This document shows, piece by piece, positions 1-11,825 of a stretch of 64,000 nt of DNA. The translations under genes and the position numbers were made by a program. The notes beneath the pieces are model-generated. The model did not search any database. It saw only the letters and a program-made list of their open reading frames with translations, and had not been told where the DNA came from. Position 1 is the first letter of the stretch. Each line of letters opens with the position of its first letter. Origin of the DNA: Eledone cirrhosa (taxonomy: Eukaryota); contig OZ024747.1 in NCBI GenBank assembly GCA_964016885.1, positions 63,674,001 to 63,738,000 on the forward strand, written 5' to 3'.

Positions 1-160
1 CAGAGCTTAGGCCGTTTCAACGGCTATTTCTGGAGTCCAGAAATAGCCGTTGAAACGGCCTGAGCTCTGCCATTGGGGTCTTGAACATTTTCCTATTACC
101 CACTCTGAGTACTCTGATGTATTATGGTCCATCTGGTTCCTTACCACACTTCCTTCATTA
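1..160. mobile_element. Hairpin element family A (putative Penelope-like terminus), truncated by window edge
   Basis: Positions 1-69 form a near-perfect palindrome. The tail resembles copies at 17934 and 33237 and ends in (TA)n. Confidence 0.7.
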
Positions 161-182
161 TATATATATATATATAGTGTGG

Positions 183-248
<66 letters not shown>

Positions 249-267
249 CCACACTTCCTCCATTATA

Positions 268-438
268 TGTGGTTGGTGTTAGGAAGGGCATCCAACTGTA
301 GAAAACCTGCCAGACAGTCCTATGCGAGCAAGACAATCACTCTTGCCTCAAGTGGGACTACCCCCGTCCAAACCCATGCAAGCGTGGAACACGGACGTTA
401 AACGATGATGATGATGATGATAATGATGATGATGATGA
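268..438 (+). mobile_element. RTE LINE 3' UTR fragment (type A) with (ATG)n tail
   Basis: Matches the 3' UTR attached to the RTE ORF at 14793-15790. Confidence 0.8.
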
Positions 439-726
439 TATTGCATATGTACTGCGAGTGTCCTCGTTTTACGAGTAACTTTCTACCTTAATGCCTCTTT
501 AATTGTTATACTATTCCCTTATAATCTCTGTCGCTTGCATTCCACTCTGTATCTTTATAATTTTTAATTTTTAATTTGTAATTTTAATTATTGTACAATT
601 CTCTTGTAATCTATGTCGCATCCATTTCACCTTGTAAATACGAAACTGTTGACAACATTAATTTCCATGTATCTAAATGATTGTTCAGTTGAATAGGAGG
701 TTAATTATATGTACAAACATTGCTAC

Positions 727-773
727 TGCTCCAATGATTCCAAACGATAGTTTGGAAGAAACGATTGTCAGCA
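727..773 (+). ncRNA. Decayed type I hammerhead ribozyme motif
   Basis: tgct-ccaatga (decayed CUGAUGA)-ttccaaac gata gtttggaa (8-bp stem II)-GAAAC-gatt-GTC-agca (stem I). Confidence 0.5.
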
Positions 774-895
774 ATAAAATGATTTGAACATAGCTTTGAT
801 TATTGTGTAATTTATATATATATATACAAATATGCCATATATATATATACTCTATTGGGTAATGGTCTAACCAGTTTCAAATTGATTCCAGCCTG

Positions 896-943
<48 letters not shown>

Positions 944-1635
944 CGTAAAGGGCCAGAACTCTATACCGCAAAGCATGTTGTCCGACGCCCTACCATTTCT
1001 GCCAATTCACTGCTCTTAGTATATTATTATGACAGCACACTATAATCTAAGAAAATTGATTAAATTTTATTCCATGTAACTTTTACAGAAACATATGTAT
1101 CAATAGTGGAAAATTCTTTCTTTGTCTTTTTGTTTTTTCTATTTCTTTTACATATATATTTTTCCTTTTTCTATAATTCAAACATAAAGTGTTGCGATTT
1201 ATTAATTTTTTTTTCCTGATAATTGTTATCAAGAAGTAAACTAAATTCTGTTCTATATTGATCACAATTCACTGTTAATTTGTCAATTATTCTTCATTTA
1301 AGAATCATTGTGTTTCAAATATACACTTGTACTCTATCACACTTGTAAATTATTGATACAGGAAATCAGCAGTTAGTATTATTATCATCATCATAATCAT
1401 CATTGTCCTCATCGTCATTCTTATCATTCTCATCATCATCATCATCATTATTTCCTGTGCATGAACGTCATATTTTATGAATACATTCTTTTGGGGTTAA
1501 GACTGAGCAGCTAGAGATATTGTGGCTAATTATCTCTTCCCCATCTCGACATAGTCTTCACTTATTTAATGTTTTCTATTTCGATAGAGGATTTTTATGG
1601 TTTCTAATAAGGAAATTTTAACGCTGTGCTAGAAT

Positions 1636-1932
1636 CAGGGTTGGATTTAGACATTGGGCCTGGGGAACTTCAGGTTTGGGAGGCCCCTCATACATAAAAA
1701 ATTAGAATACAAAGCAAACCCCACCAATTTTACATATCAAAGTTATCTTGGCACAAGTAATTAGAATTGAAAAGTTATACATGTATTAAATTAAGAAATT
1801 CTAACCATCTTAAAATTAAAAAGCTCAGCTGAGGGCACAAATAAATTGCTATGGCCATCACTGTGCCCCCTCCCCCCACTGCAGGGGGCCTTGGGTAATA
1901 GCTCCCATTGCCTATCATTAAATCCAACCCTG
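1636..1932 (+). mobile_element. hAT-type MITE
   Basis: 14-bp TIRs cagggttggattta/taaatccaaccctg and 8-bp TSD gctagaat/gctacaat. Related copies at 29002, 42824 and 62468. Confidence 0.85.
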
Positions 1933-2374
1933 GCTACAATCAAGAATCCTTCAGTTTCAGCTTTGAGTTCTGGTCTTCTTAATCAGTACAGTGATATTTC
2001 TTTGTCTAATTCCCTCATGTTTAGTTTTATCAACTACAGTGGCTACATAAGCAGTTTTATTGATATCAATTTAATATCGCTTACTATATCTCCATTTGAG
2101 TAATTCTTGCTGTTTCCCCCTCTCTTTTCACAAACCTATGTCAGTTCAATTGCTGTATTGTGCTTGTTGACTCCATTGAAAACTAAAAACAGTTGTTTGT
2201 TACATTCAGCTTTTGAAGCCGTTAATGTTAGTTTTCATCATCATCATCATCATCGTTTAACATACACTTTCCAATTGAGGCAAAGTGGGTCAGGTGACTG
2301 TGTCCTGTGCATACATAACTGTTTCTGGCTAGATTTCTACAGCTGGATACACCTTATATACATATATATATATA

Positions 2375-2730
2375 GTAATACAGAGTACCCGACATCCCAT
2401 GGGTACAAGCCGAAGCTGAAGCATATAGACAATATTCCCCCACACCCTCCCACTGTAAAGTGGTCGTGGAGGTGCCATGGCAAAAAGGCACCCAGCCCAC
2501 ACTGTAAAGTGGACGTGTAGGCTCCACGGAAAAAAAGCACCCAGCACTCACTGTAAATGAGGTTGGTGTTAGGAAGGGCATCCAGCTGTAGAAATCAAGC
2601 CAGAATCAGTTCCTGTATGAGCAAGACATGGTCAGCCGACCAGACACTGCCCACAACACGACAACCCGTCTAACCCATGCTAGCATGGAAGAACGGACGT
2701 AAAATGGTGATGATGATGGTGATGATGATA
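2375..2730 (+). mobile_element. RTE LINE 3' UTR fragment (type B) with (ATG)n tail
   Basis: Matches the 3' part of the RTE at 53435-54888 and copies at 10605, 17218 and 25560. Confidence 0.8.
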
Positions 2731-2740
2731 TATATATATA

Positions 2741-3478
2741 TCATCATCATCATCATCATTTTACGTCTGCTTTTCCCTGCTTGAAAGGGTAGGACGGGTC
2801 CTATTCAGCACATCATCTCTCCACTTGTCATGGTCTTTCGTCATCTCCTCCGTTAACTTCAGTGATCTGAGGTCAGCTCTCACCACCTCCGCCCATGTTT
2901 TTCATGGTCTTCCTCTACTGCGTCTTCCTTCTACTGGGATTTCTTGGCACTTCTTTACCCAGCGGTCATCCTCCATGTGCATAACATGTCCATAACATCG
3001 CAGTCTTCTCTCCCGCACATCACAACTTATCCCTCTTATATACAGTTTTCTCTCAACTCATCTATGCTTGGTTGTTCATGCACATTGACATTACATACCC
3101 AACGGAACATGCTTGCTTCATTTCTCTCCAGCCGTTGCATATCCTCTGTAGTTGCCCATGTCTCACTACCATGCAGCATCGCGCGTCTCATGCAGGCATC
3201 ATATAACCGGCCTTTCGTACATAGGGAGAAACCCTTCTTTATCAACAGAGGATGCAATTCCCTAAACTTCTTCCAGCCTGTCCTTATTCTAGATACTATG
3301 GCCTCGAACACAGCCTTCCCATGCTAATCTGATCACCTAGGTACCGGAAACTATTAACCACTTCTATAGAACCCACCTCCATTTGAAAAATGTTTCTATC
3401 ACTGTGATATTACTGTCAAATTTCCCTGTACATCTACTGCATACATAGTTTTCCCTACCTGTTAGTTTGCCTGCTGAG
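2741..3478 (-). mobile_element. 5'-truncated RTE LINE, same subfamily as the 57633 copy, frameshifted
   Basis: Translation RIRTGWKKFREL...AMLHGSETW, 3' end similar to 59012-59075, (ATG)n tail. Confidence 0.9.
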
Positions 3479-3510
3479 ATAGTTCCACAACATATTAGCA
3501 AACCATGCCC

Positions 3511-3652
3511 GAGGACATGTCTTTCACCTAGTGGACTTTCAACCTGAGTGAGGTTGGGCTGAGAACGGAAGTGCATGTGAGCTCATATACACTTCCGTTC
3601 TCAGCACAACCTCACTCAGGTTGAAAATTTGCTAGGTGAAACACACATCCTC
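3511..3652. repeat. 142-bp imperfect palindrome centred on GAGCTC with a decayed hammerhead-like motif in each arm
   Basis: Arms pair from gagga (3511) to tcctc (3652). Each arm contains a ttgaaa..ctaggtgaaa motif resembling the 17851 hammerhead. Confidence 0.75.
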
Positions 3653-3693
3653 CATATGGATATAACCTCCCAGTTTTTTACCACTATATATAT

Positions 3694-3964
3694 GGAGGCG
3701 CGTGGCCTAGTCGTAAAGGTGTTGGACTTACGATTATAATGTTATGGGTTCAATTTCTGGGTTGCGTGTTGTGTTGTTGAGCAAAACAGTTCATTTCACG
3801 TTGCTCCAGTATACTGAGCTGAAAATGAGTACCAGCAATAGCTGGGGGTTTAACCCTGCATTTGACTGGCGTCCTTTCCAGGAGTCTTGTACTCTCAGTC
3901 GCTTCACGCCATGAAACCAAGATAAGCACCGGTCAAATGAGCCTTCTGGCTGAAGACAGACTTT

Positions 3965-3965
<1 letters not shown>
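3694..3965 (+). mobile_element. tRNA-derived SINE with CORE-like central domain
   Basis: A box tggcctagtcg, B box ggttcaatttc, then ttgagcaaaacagttcatttcac. Related copy at 44230-44482 (-). Confidence 0.75.
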
Positions 3966-4002
<37 letters not shown>

Positions 4003-4005
<3 letters not shown>

Positions 4006-4510
4006 ATAATAATAAAATTGAAGACTAAAATCCAAAGAGGGCTCGATAAGGAAAATATATATCAAATATATAAGAACCGTAGAGCAAATATTTATTAAAA
4101 TAACAGATTAAAGTTTAAGCAAAGAATCGCTGCTTTCACTCTTAACGGGATCTTCTGAAACTAACAAAGTCAATCTGTAAACGCAGAACTGGATATTTCA
4201 AAAAACGTTGCAACCGGAGGAAGACAGGAAGACGATACTTTGGTTCGTGGAAACGTTTGCTGGCAAAGAACGGGAAAAAACGAATAATACGTCATTAATA
4301 GGAGCGGTGAAAAACAATTACGCGCAAAGACAGAATCACGTTTATGGTATAAAAGAGGTCGTAGACTAGTGTTCTCTTAGGTGGTGCATAGAGACGTTCT
4401 CTGGCAATGAACGAAAAAACGAAGATAATACATCATATGTGGAGCGTGGAGAACAATAGCACGCAAAGACAAAACCACGTAAATGGTATAGCAGAAGTTG
4501 TTGACTAAAA
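4003..4510 (-). mobile_element. TA-anchored repeat family C (possible Penelope-like terminus) with an internal ~140-bp duplication
   Basis: Begins gtaataataataaa-ttgaagactaaaatcc directly after (TA)n. Near-identical starts at 13080 and 33487. Confidence 0.7.
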
Positions 4511-5087
4511 TTCTAACTAGGAGACCAAATGAATCTCCGCTACAGAGTTAAGAACAAAGTAAATAAATACAATACAGAAGTAATAGAAACAAATAAATAC
4601 ATACACGCAAACAGATACGTACATACACAAGCATACGCAAAACCTTACCATAGGTATACAAAACCACGCACATATAAATATGTGTGTGTGTGTATGCTTG
4701 TGTACAAATAAATAAATAATTATATAAACGTATATAAGTAAATAAATACGTATATAACAAGCGCACACACATACCTACAAATAAATACACGAATGTTCGG
4801 AGACGTAAGTCAACTAAAACAAGAAGTACACATATACACACACCCACCATACGTACGAACCTGCATACTCACGCAGACGCAAAACTCCCGTATACACATA
4901 GCCAAACCCTAAATACCAGAATATGTAAAAATTATATGCCATAACAGTCAAATATACGTACGAGAAGGTATACATACCTTCACAAAACATATATATATAA
5001 ATGGAAAAACACAGAAGTTTATTTAAAGATTCTATTTTTTAATCTGACTTTATATATAAATATATGTGTATATATATATATATTGAT

Positions 5088-5420
5088 GGAGGCACATGGC
5101 TTAGTGGTTAGAGCATTGGTTTTGCAATCGAAAGGTTGTGAGTTCAGTTCTCAGACCGGGTGATGCGTTGTTTCCTTGAGCAAGACACTTTATTTCACAT
5201 TGCTCCAGTTTACTCAGCTGTAGAAATGAGATGATAGGGACTGGGGTCCATATCATTCCACTGCAAAGTGGTCGTGCAGGTGCCACGGCAAAAAAGCACC
5301 CAGCACTCACTGTAAATGAGGTTGGTGTTAGGAAGGTCATCCAGCTGTAGAAATCAAGCCAGAATCAGTTCCTTGCAAGCAGGGAAAAGCAGATGTAAAA
5401 TGAAATGATGATGAAATGAT
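5088..5420 (+). mobile_element. tRNA-headed SINE with RTE-derived tail
   Basis: A box tggcttagtgg, B box gagttcagttc, CORE-like ccttgagcaagacactt, and tail cttgcaagcagggaaaagcagatgtaaaatg closely matching the RTE 3' end. Confidence 0.85.
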
Positions 5421-5727
5421 TGTGTGTGTATAAATCTACAGATATACATTTAAATTTTCACATGCCAATTATTTAAATGTTATTTTATCAGTAGTTTCTT
5501 TCTAAAAGAGATTAAAATAACAATAATAATACAAATAATTTCAGACATAGCTGACATACCATCAAGTAGAAATATTGTTGTTGTTGTTAAGTTGTATGTA
5601 AGTAAAAAGTCAAAGAAAATGTACTTAAAATTTACTTTAGTTATTTGAATCAATCAAAAGTGAAAGACAACTGACAACCAACAAGTGATCAGTTATTCTC
5701 TACTGTCAAATGTATATCCTACAACAT

Positions 5728-6150
5728 GTGTATATAAGTGACTGTGTATATGTGTATATAATTGACTGTAGATTATATATCCTGTATTATATAGATGTAT
5801 ATAAGTGTCTGTAGATGATATATCCTGTACTAAATGGGTGTATATAAGTGACAGTAGATTATATATTCTGTACTATATGGATGTATATAAGTGACAGTAG
5901 GTTATATATTCTGTACTATATGGATGTATATAAGTGACAGTAGGTTATATATCCTGTACCATATGTGTATATAAGTGACTATACAATATATATACTGAAA
6001 CATATGGGTGAATATATGTGACTGTACATTATATATCATGTAGAATGTGTGTAGCAGTGTCTGATTCATGATATATACCCTGTAGAATGTGTGTACTAGT
6101 GACTATACCAAATATACCCTGTATAATTCTTGTGTACCATTTACTGACAG
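5728..6150. repeat. Minisatellite, ~42-bp unit
   Basis: Repeats of gtatataagtgac(a/t)gtag(a/g)ttatatat(c/t)ctgtactatatgg, degenerating toward the right. Confidence 0.85.
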
Positions 6151-6199
6151 TATATATATATGTGCATGTATATACATATCATCATCATCATCATCATCA

Positions 6200-6259
<60 letters not shown>

Positions 6260-6311
6260 AGTTAAGAACTCAGGGTCGTCTCTTACAATTAAATAGCTCT
6301 AAGAAAAAAGC

Positions 6312-6883
6312 TTTTCCGAGCCATACAATATAATTAAATAAACAAGAGAGATGAACACTAATATAAACATACATGTGTTCGAATCGTAAGGACCAAATTT
6401 GCTAGAGTGAAAAATACTAACTACAGCAATATAGTTTGTTATCCTTAAATTTAAATATTAAATTAAGAAAAATTAAGAAAACTAACATACCTATATTGGA
6501 CAAAAATGCCTGGTAACAACTAGACTATATGTATATATATACATATATATACATACATATATGTATATATACATACATACATATATGTATATATACATAC
6601 ATATATTTATATATACATATACATACATATGTATATACATATATGTATGTATGTATATATACATATATGTATGTATATATACATATATGTATGTATGTAT
6701 ATATACATATATGTATGTATATATATATACATATATATATACATGTATGTATATATACATATATGTATGTATGTATATATACATATATGTATGTATACAT
6801 ACATACATATATGTATATACATATGTATGTATATGTATATATAAATATATGTATGTATATGTATATATACATATATGTATGTA

Positions 6884-6914
<31 letters not shown>

Positions 6915-7131
6915 ATAGTCTAGTTGTTACCAGGCATTTTTGTCCAATATAGGTATGTTAGTTTTCTTAATTTTTCTTAATTTAATATTTAAATTTAAGG
7001 ATAACAAACTATATTGCTGTAGTTAGTATTTTTCACTTTAGCAAATTTGGTCCTTACGATTCGAACACATGTATGTTTATATTAGTGTTCATCTCTCTTG
7101 TTTATTCAATTATATTGTATGGCTCGGAAAA
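6312..7131. repeat. Inverted repeat with ~220-bp arms around a (TA/TG/CA) microsatellite
   Basis: 6312-6531 is the reverse complement of 6912-7131 with few mismatches. Confidence 0.92.
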
Positions 7132-7146
7132 TATATATACATATAT

Positions 7147-7177
<31 letters not shown>

Positions 7178-7362
7178 CACTCACACACATATATATATAT
7201 ATATGTATACATATTTGAAAAAAAGCAAAAGAATGACTTCACTTGTAGTTCTAAACAATTTAATTTTATAATATTATAATTTTACAATTTTGTTTTGTAG
7301 ATCTTTTCCTTTTTTCAAATATACCTAACTGTACCAAGGATTTCACACATTTTCCAATATGC

Positions 7363-7394
<32 letters not shown>

Positions 7395-7404
<10 letters not shown>

Positions 7405-7717
7405 AGAACAAAACATGGTTAAAAGAGTTCCATGTATTTTATTATGCGCATTTCAAAAACAAATATCATCATGCAATAATATTTGTGTTTTCATCAGATA
7501 AAACAGGAAGACATGATATGAAGGTTAAAAAACACTTGTGGATAGTGCAGTTGATTTAAAACTGCACTATCCACAAGTGTTTTTTAACCCTCATATCATG
7601 TCTTCCTGTTTTACCTGATGAAAACACAAATATTATTGCATGATGATGTTTGTTTTTGAAATGCGCATAATAAAATACATGGAACTCTTTTAACCATCTT
7701 TTGTTCTTATATATTAT
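7395..7717. repeat. Long palindrome, ~158-bp arms with a 7-nt loop
   Basis: Mirrored ORFs 7359(+) and 7768(-) give nearly identical peptides. Centre is gtgcagtt-gatttaa-aactgcac. Confidence 0.93.
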
Positions 7718-8319
7718 GTATACTCCAGTCCTACAAACTGTAGAGTGCTTCTTATCCGATATCTGCATTGCTTTATTGTACTACAATAAAACTCACCTCC
7801 TACATATATATATATATTCTGGTACATGTGTACCAATGTTCTACAATATTTGTTCCACTCACTGTCCTACAATAATCATGCTTCACATTAATTTCCATAT
7901 CTAGGTTAATGTCGCTTAATAGTTTTCATCCTATGGGTAGGAAATTGTGTGTGTTAGTGTGTGCCCATGTGTCTGTGTGTGCATCTATGTATGTGTATGT
8001 CAGTATATAGATACTTTCCAAAATTGCAAGCCATTTTTTTAATATATTTTTTTTTTTACTTTAATTCCTTCCAGATATATTTATGATTGTCAGAAGAATA
8101 TGAAAATACTTCTCATCCACATTGGAAGTACATCTATATGCTAATTTCAGCAACTGATGTGAAAATTGGTTTTTTTTCTAGATTTCTCATGAGAAATATT
8201 ACAAATTTTGGCACCTTTTTAGTTATTATTTTAATACTTATTCTTGAGGATCTAGAGAAGATCTTTGAAGGTCAACTCATTCTGTAGTCTGGTGAGCTTT
8301 AAGAAAATCTAGTGTTCAG

Positions 8320-8630
8320 AAATAACCCTTGAGAGCAGTGCAAGCCATTTACAGAGATGCCATCAGCTGGGTGAGAGTTAATAATGAATTCAATAAGGAA
8401 TTTAACATTTAAGTAGGTGTCCATCAGAGCATGATCTTCAACTCCTCTCATTTATTATAGTTCTCCAGGCTATAACAAAGGGGTTTAACTCTAGCTGTCT
8501 ATGGGAACTCCTGTTATTAATGATCTAGTTAAAGCTGAATCTGTCAAATATTTGGAGAAGAAATTCTTAACATGCATGAAAGCAAAGCTTAAAATCAAGT
8601 GACCTGAAAGTAAACCTAACATTTTAGTTA
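8320..8630 (+). mobile_element. Old degenerate RTE reverse-transcriptase fragment
   Basis: Translates as RAVQAIYRDAISWVRVNNEFNKEFNI*VGVHQ and later WELL, homologous to the 57637 ORF. Confidence 0.7.
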
Positions 8631-8767
8631 ACCAGAAGCCTTAAATAGAGAAGGTAATCGCTGGTTGACTCGAATGTGCCAGGTGTCTTGAAACTCTGGA
8701 AAGGCACCTAAGCAATGGCAATTGGGAGTGATAATCCCAATATCTATATGCATATATATATATGTAT

Positions 8768-9160
8768 CATCATCATCATCATCATCAACGTTTAACGTCC
8801 GTGTTCCACGCTTGCATGGGTTTGGACGGGGGTAGTCCCACTTGAGGCAAGAGTGATTGTCTTGCTCGCATAGGACTGTCTGGCAGGTTTTCTACAGTTG
8901 GATGCCCTTCCTAACACCAACCACATTTACAGTGTGGGTCTGGGAGGTTTTTACCGTGTTGCCTACACGGCCACATTACAGCGTGGACTGTGTGTTTTTT
9001 TGTCGTGACACCTACACGATCTCATTTGTTTCGGCCTGGATGGCGCGGCACCAACATAACTTTACATAGAACGGGGTGGTGTGGATGGGATGGGGGTGGG
9101 GGTGGTGGGACGGGGTGTATTTTGTTAGAGATGCCTACTGGCTGGAGTAGGTTTTACTAT
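8768..9160 (-). mobile_element. RTE 3' UTR fragment (type A)
   Basis: Similar to 14793-15190, with a (CAT)n tail on the + strand. Confidence 0.85.
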
Positions 9161-9172
9161 ATATTTTGTATG

Positions 9173-9235
<63 letters not shown>

Positions 9236-9576
9236 GTATATATATGTCTCTGTCTGTCTCTGTGTGTGTGTATTATTATCATCATGACAATAGTGTGTAT
9301 TCAAGGTGGTAGTAGTGGATGAGCACTACTTAACTGTTGATTTTAGTGTTGTTATTTAGCCACAAGTTAGCTCTGATCATACAGACCTATAAACACATGG
9401 CATTCACACTGGGACCATTCAATCATACCTTTTTCAAACACAATGTATCTAGAATCACATTATTTAATGTGACATATTTTTAAAAGATTGTAAGCTGGGA
9501 TTTCTGGAAGTTTCGGCTGTATGAATGACAAGCATTCCTCATCTATTCATTTATTTTAGTGGAAGGTTAAGTTTAA

Positions 9577-9796
9577 CCCTTTAGTATTCACATTACTCTA
9601 TATATACTATTATATTTTCATGGTAAAGGCTTTACCTTGCATAATTATCTCATATAATATTAAATCTATGAGATTTTGAAAGTATTTATTTTGAAAACAA
9701 TACCTTAACATCAATTTGAGTGACCAGTTACAGCCAGTTTCAACAGGAAGAGGTAGAGAATTCTGGCCGGTTTTGGCTGGTTTGAACATTAAAGGG
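9577..9796 (+). mobile_element. piggyBac-type MITE
   Basis: TTAA-ccctttag...taaaggg-TTAA. Related to copies at 24938, 50338 and 55356. Confidence 0.75.
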
Positions 9797-9999
9797 TTAA
9801 GATAAGAGAAAGTTGTGGGAGGATGGGAAATATTAAGAATTTGAGTATATTTTCTGTTTCAGTACAGACTGTTGATCTTTCTGATGTACTTATAAGTGAT
9901 GAGGTGTAATTCTGTAATGCAGTGGTCTAAGATGATCTGAATTTTTGTTTTTGTTATTAAATCTGCTATCTAAGCCATGACCTATGACCCAGAATGATA

Positions 10000-10160
10000 C
10001 AAATAGAGCCAGTAATGAAGATTGTGACGAAAAGTTGAAGGATATGGTTTAATCATCTGTTGAGAAAGCGTGATGGAGACTGGATAAGAAGAGAGATGGA
10101 AGAAAATGTGGAAGGATGTAGAAGGAGGAGCGTATCATGTGTGGTTTAAGGTAGTTTGGT
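10000..10160 (+). mobile_element. Degenerate RTE C-terminal fragment
   Basis: Translates as WFNHLLRKRDGDWIRREMEENVEGCRRR, resembling RWYGHVMRMEDDRWVKKCQEMPVEGRRGR. Confidence 0.5.
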
Positions 10161-10569
10161 ATAAGAAGGGGTTAAAATATTCAATTTCTTGAACTTATAT
10201 AAATCAATGCATTTATGTTATTCTGATTGAATAAACTATATATTGTTAGCTTATGAAATTACCTGGCATCATATGTATGAAGACAATGTAATTTATTTAT
10301 GGAAGTTTCATTTAAATCTTTATACTTCATCATAACCATCATCATCATTGTCGTCTCCATCACCATCATCACTACCACCAACATCAATAAGATAGTGATG
10401 TTTATGATGGCAATGGTACCAGCAGGTATGAGGAGGATAATAATTCCAGTCTGTCAGTAACACAATAAAAACTACACAAGTAAAAATATTATAAACATTT
10501 GAATTAACAAAGCTGTTGTTTTTAGAAATTTTCTGCAAAATTATTACAGGATGTCAAGAGATAATTCAT

Positions 10570-10603
<34 letters not shown>

Positions 10604-10604
10604 T

Positions 10605-11025
10605 ATCATCATCATCATCATCATCACCGTTTTACGTCCATTCTTCCACACTAGCATGGGTTAGACGGGTTGTCCTGTTGTGGGCAGTGCTCGGTTGGCT
10701 GACCATGTCTTGCTCATACGGGAACTGATTCTGGCTTGATTTCTACAGCTGGATGCCCTTCCTAACACCAACCTCATTTACAGTGAGTGCTGGGTGCTTT
10801 TTTTTTCCCATGGCGCCTTCACGTCTACTTTACAGTGTGGGCTGGGTGCTTTTTTGCCGTGGCACCTCCACGACCACTTTGTAGTGGGAAGGGGTGGGGG
10901 CATATTGTCTATATGCTTCAGCTTCAGCTTGTATCCATGAGGTTGGGGGGTCGGGTCTTCTGTATTACTGTGTGATGCCAGAGGTCACGGTCGTGTGTCA
11001 TCGCCTTTGAGAGGTGCAATTGGGT
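10605..11025 (-). mobile_element. RTE 3' UTR fragment (type B)
   Basis: Same family as 17218 and 53435, with (CAT)n tail. Confidence 0.8.
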
Positions 11026-11062
11026 AATATATATATACATTATATATATACATATATACATA

Positions 11063-11253
11063 AGGGCAGTGAATTGGCAGTATCAGTAGAGGCTCGGACG
11101 CCATGCCTTCCAGCACAGAGTTACGCCCCTTTATGCTCTGAGTTCAAATCCCGCCGCAGTTAACTTAGCCTTTCATCCATATGGGGTCGATAAAATAAAG
11201 TACCAGTAATTAACTGGGATAATTGCTGGCCTTATGCCAATAGTAGAAACAAT
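11063..11253 (+). mobile_element. tRNA-derived SINE family 2
   Basis: tggcagtatcagtaga...gagttcaaatcccgcc (B box), then gcctttcatcc...ggggtcgataaaataaagtaccag. Many copies in the window. Confidence 0.85.
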
Positions 11254-11254
11254 G

Positions 11255-11290
<36 letters not shown>

Positions 11291-11743
11291 ATACATACAT
11301 ACATACACACATACACACACATATATATATATATCATATCTGTGTATTATTCATGAAACTCTAGATGAATTCTTGAAAATAGCAAAAGGTTTTGAAGTGA
11401 TGCAGGAAGCAGGAAACTTAATAAATATTTATATGCACACATCCATACATACACACACATATGTGTTTGTGCATATATATATATGTGTGTGTGTGTGTGC
11501 ATGTATGTTTGTATATGTGCAGTTTTTCTTTTTCCATATCTTCTAGTTAGTGGAAAGAGGAGAGTGATATCTTCAAGGTTCATTGCACATGAATTATTAA
11601 ACAGAAAATGCATATGAAAGTCTCTGAACCATAAACCTTCCACTGACCTATTTGCCTTTAAATAAAACAGAATTATGTTGAACTTATTGATTGAAATGTC
11701 TTCCTGTGATCAGGTTTATAGTCGTCATTAATTGTCATTTCAG

Positions 11744-11825
11744 GGTGCAACAATACAAAAAAATGAGAAAAAACAGAGTTTAGAAATTGCCAGAATTCTC
11801 CGGGGTGGCGCAGCAGACAGAAGTG
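11744..11825 (+). CDS. MPP7: MAGUK p55-family (MPP7/metro-like) exon, PDZ domain N-terminal part
   Basis: tttcag acceptor and g|gtaag donor. Encodes GATIQKNEKKQSLEIARILRGGAADRS(G), matching the MPP7-type PDZ motif GATI...ARIxRGGAADRSG. Phase 0 to 1. Not in the ORF track. Confidence 0.9.

Noticed and set aside
5088-5160. tRNA-like A/B-box sequences
   Set aside because: They are SINE heads continuing into CORE-like bodies, with no complete cloverleaf.
5728-6150. Regular repeats considered as a CRISPR-like array (also 49860-50110)
   Set aside because: Eukaryotic context, no unique spacers and no cas genes; these are ordinary minisatellites.
9863-9903. Possible upstream exon after tttctgtttcag
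   Set aside because: Weak donor (gtgtaa) and no similarity to the L27/PDZ-start sequence expected upstream of GATI.
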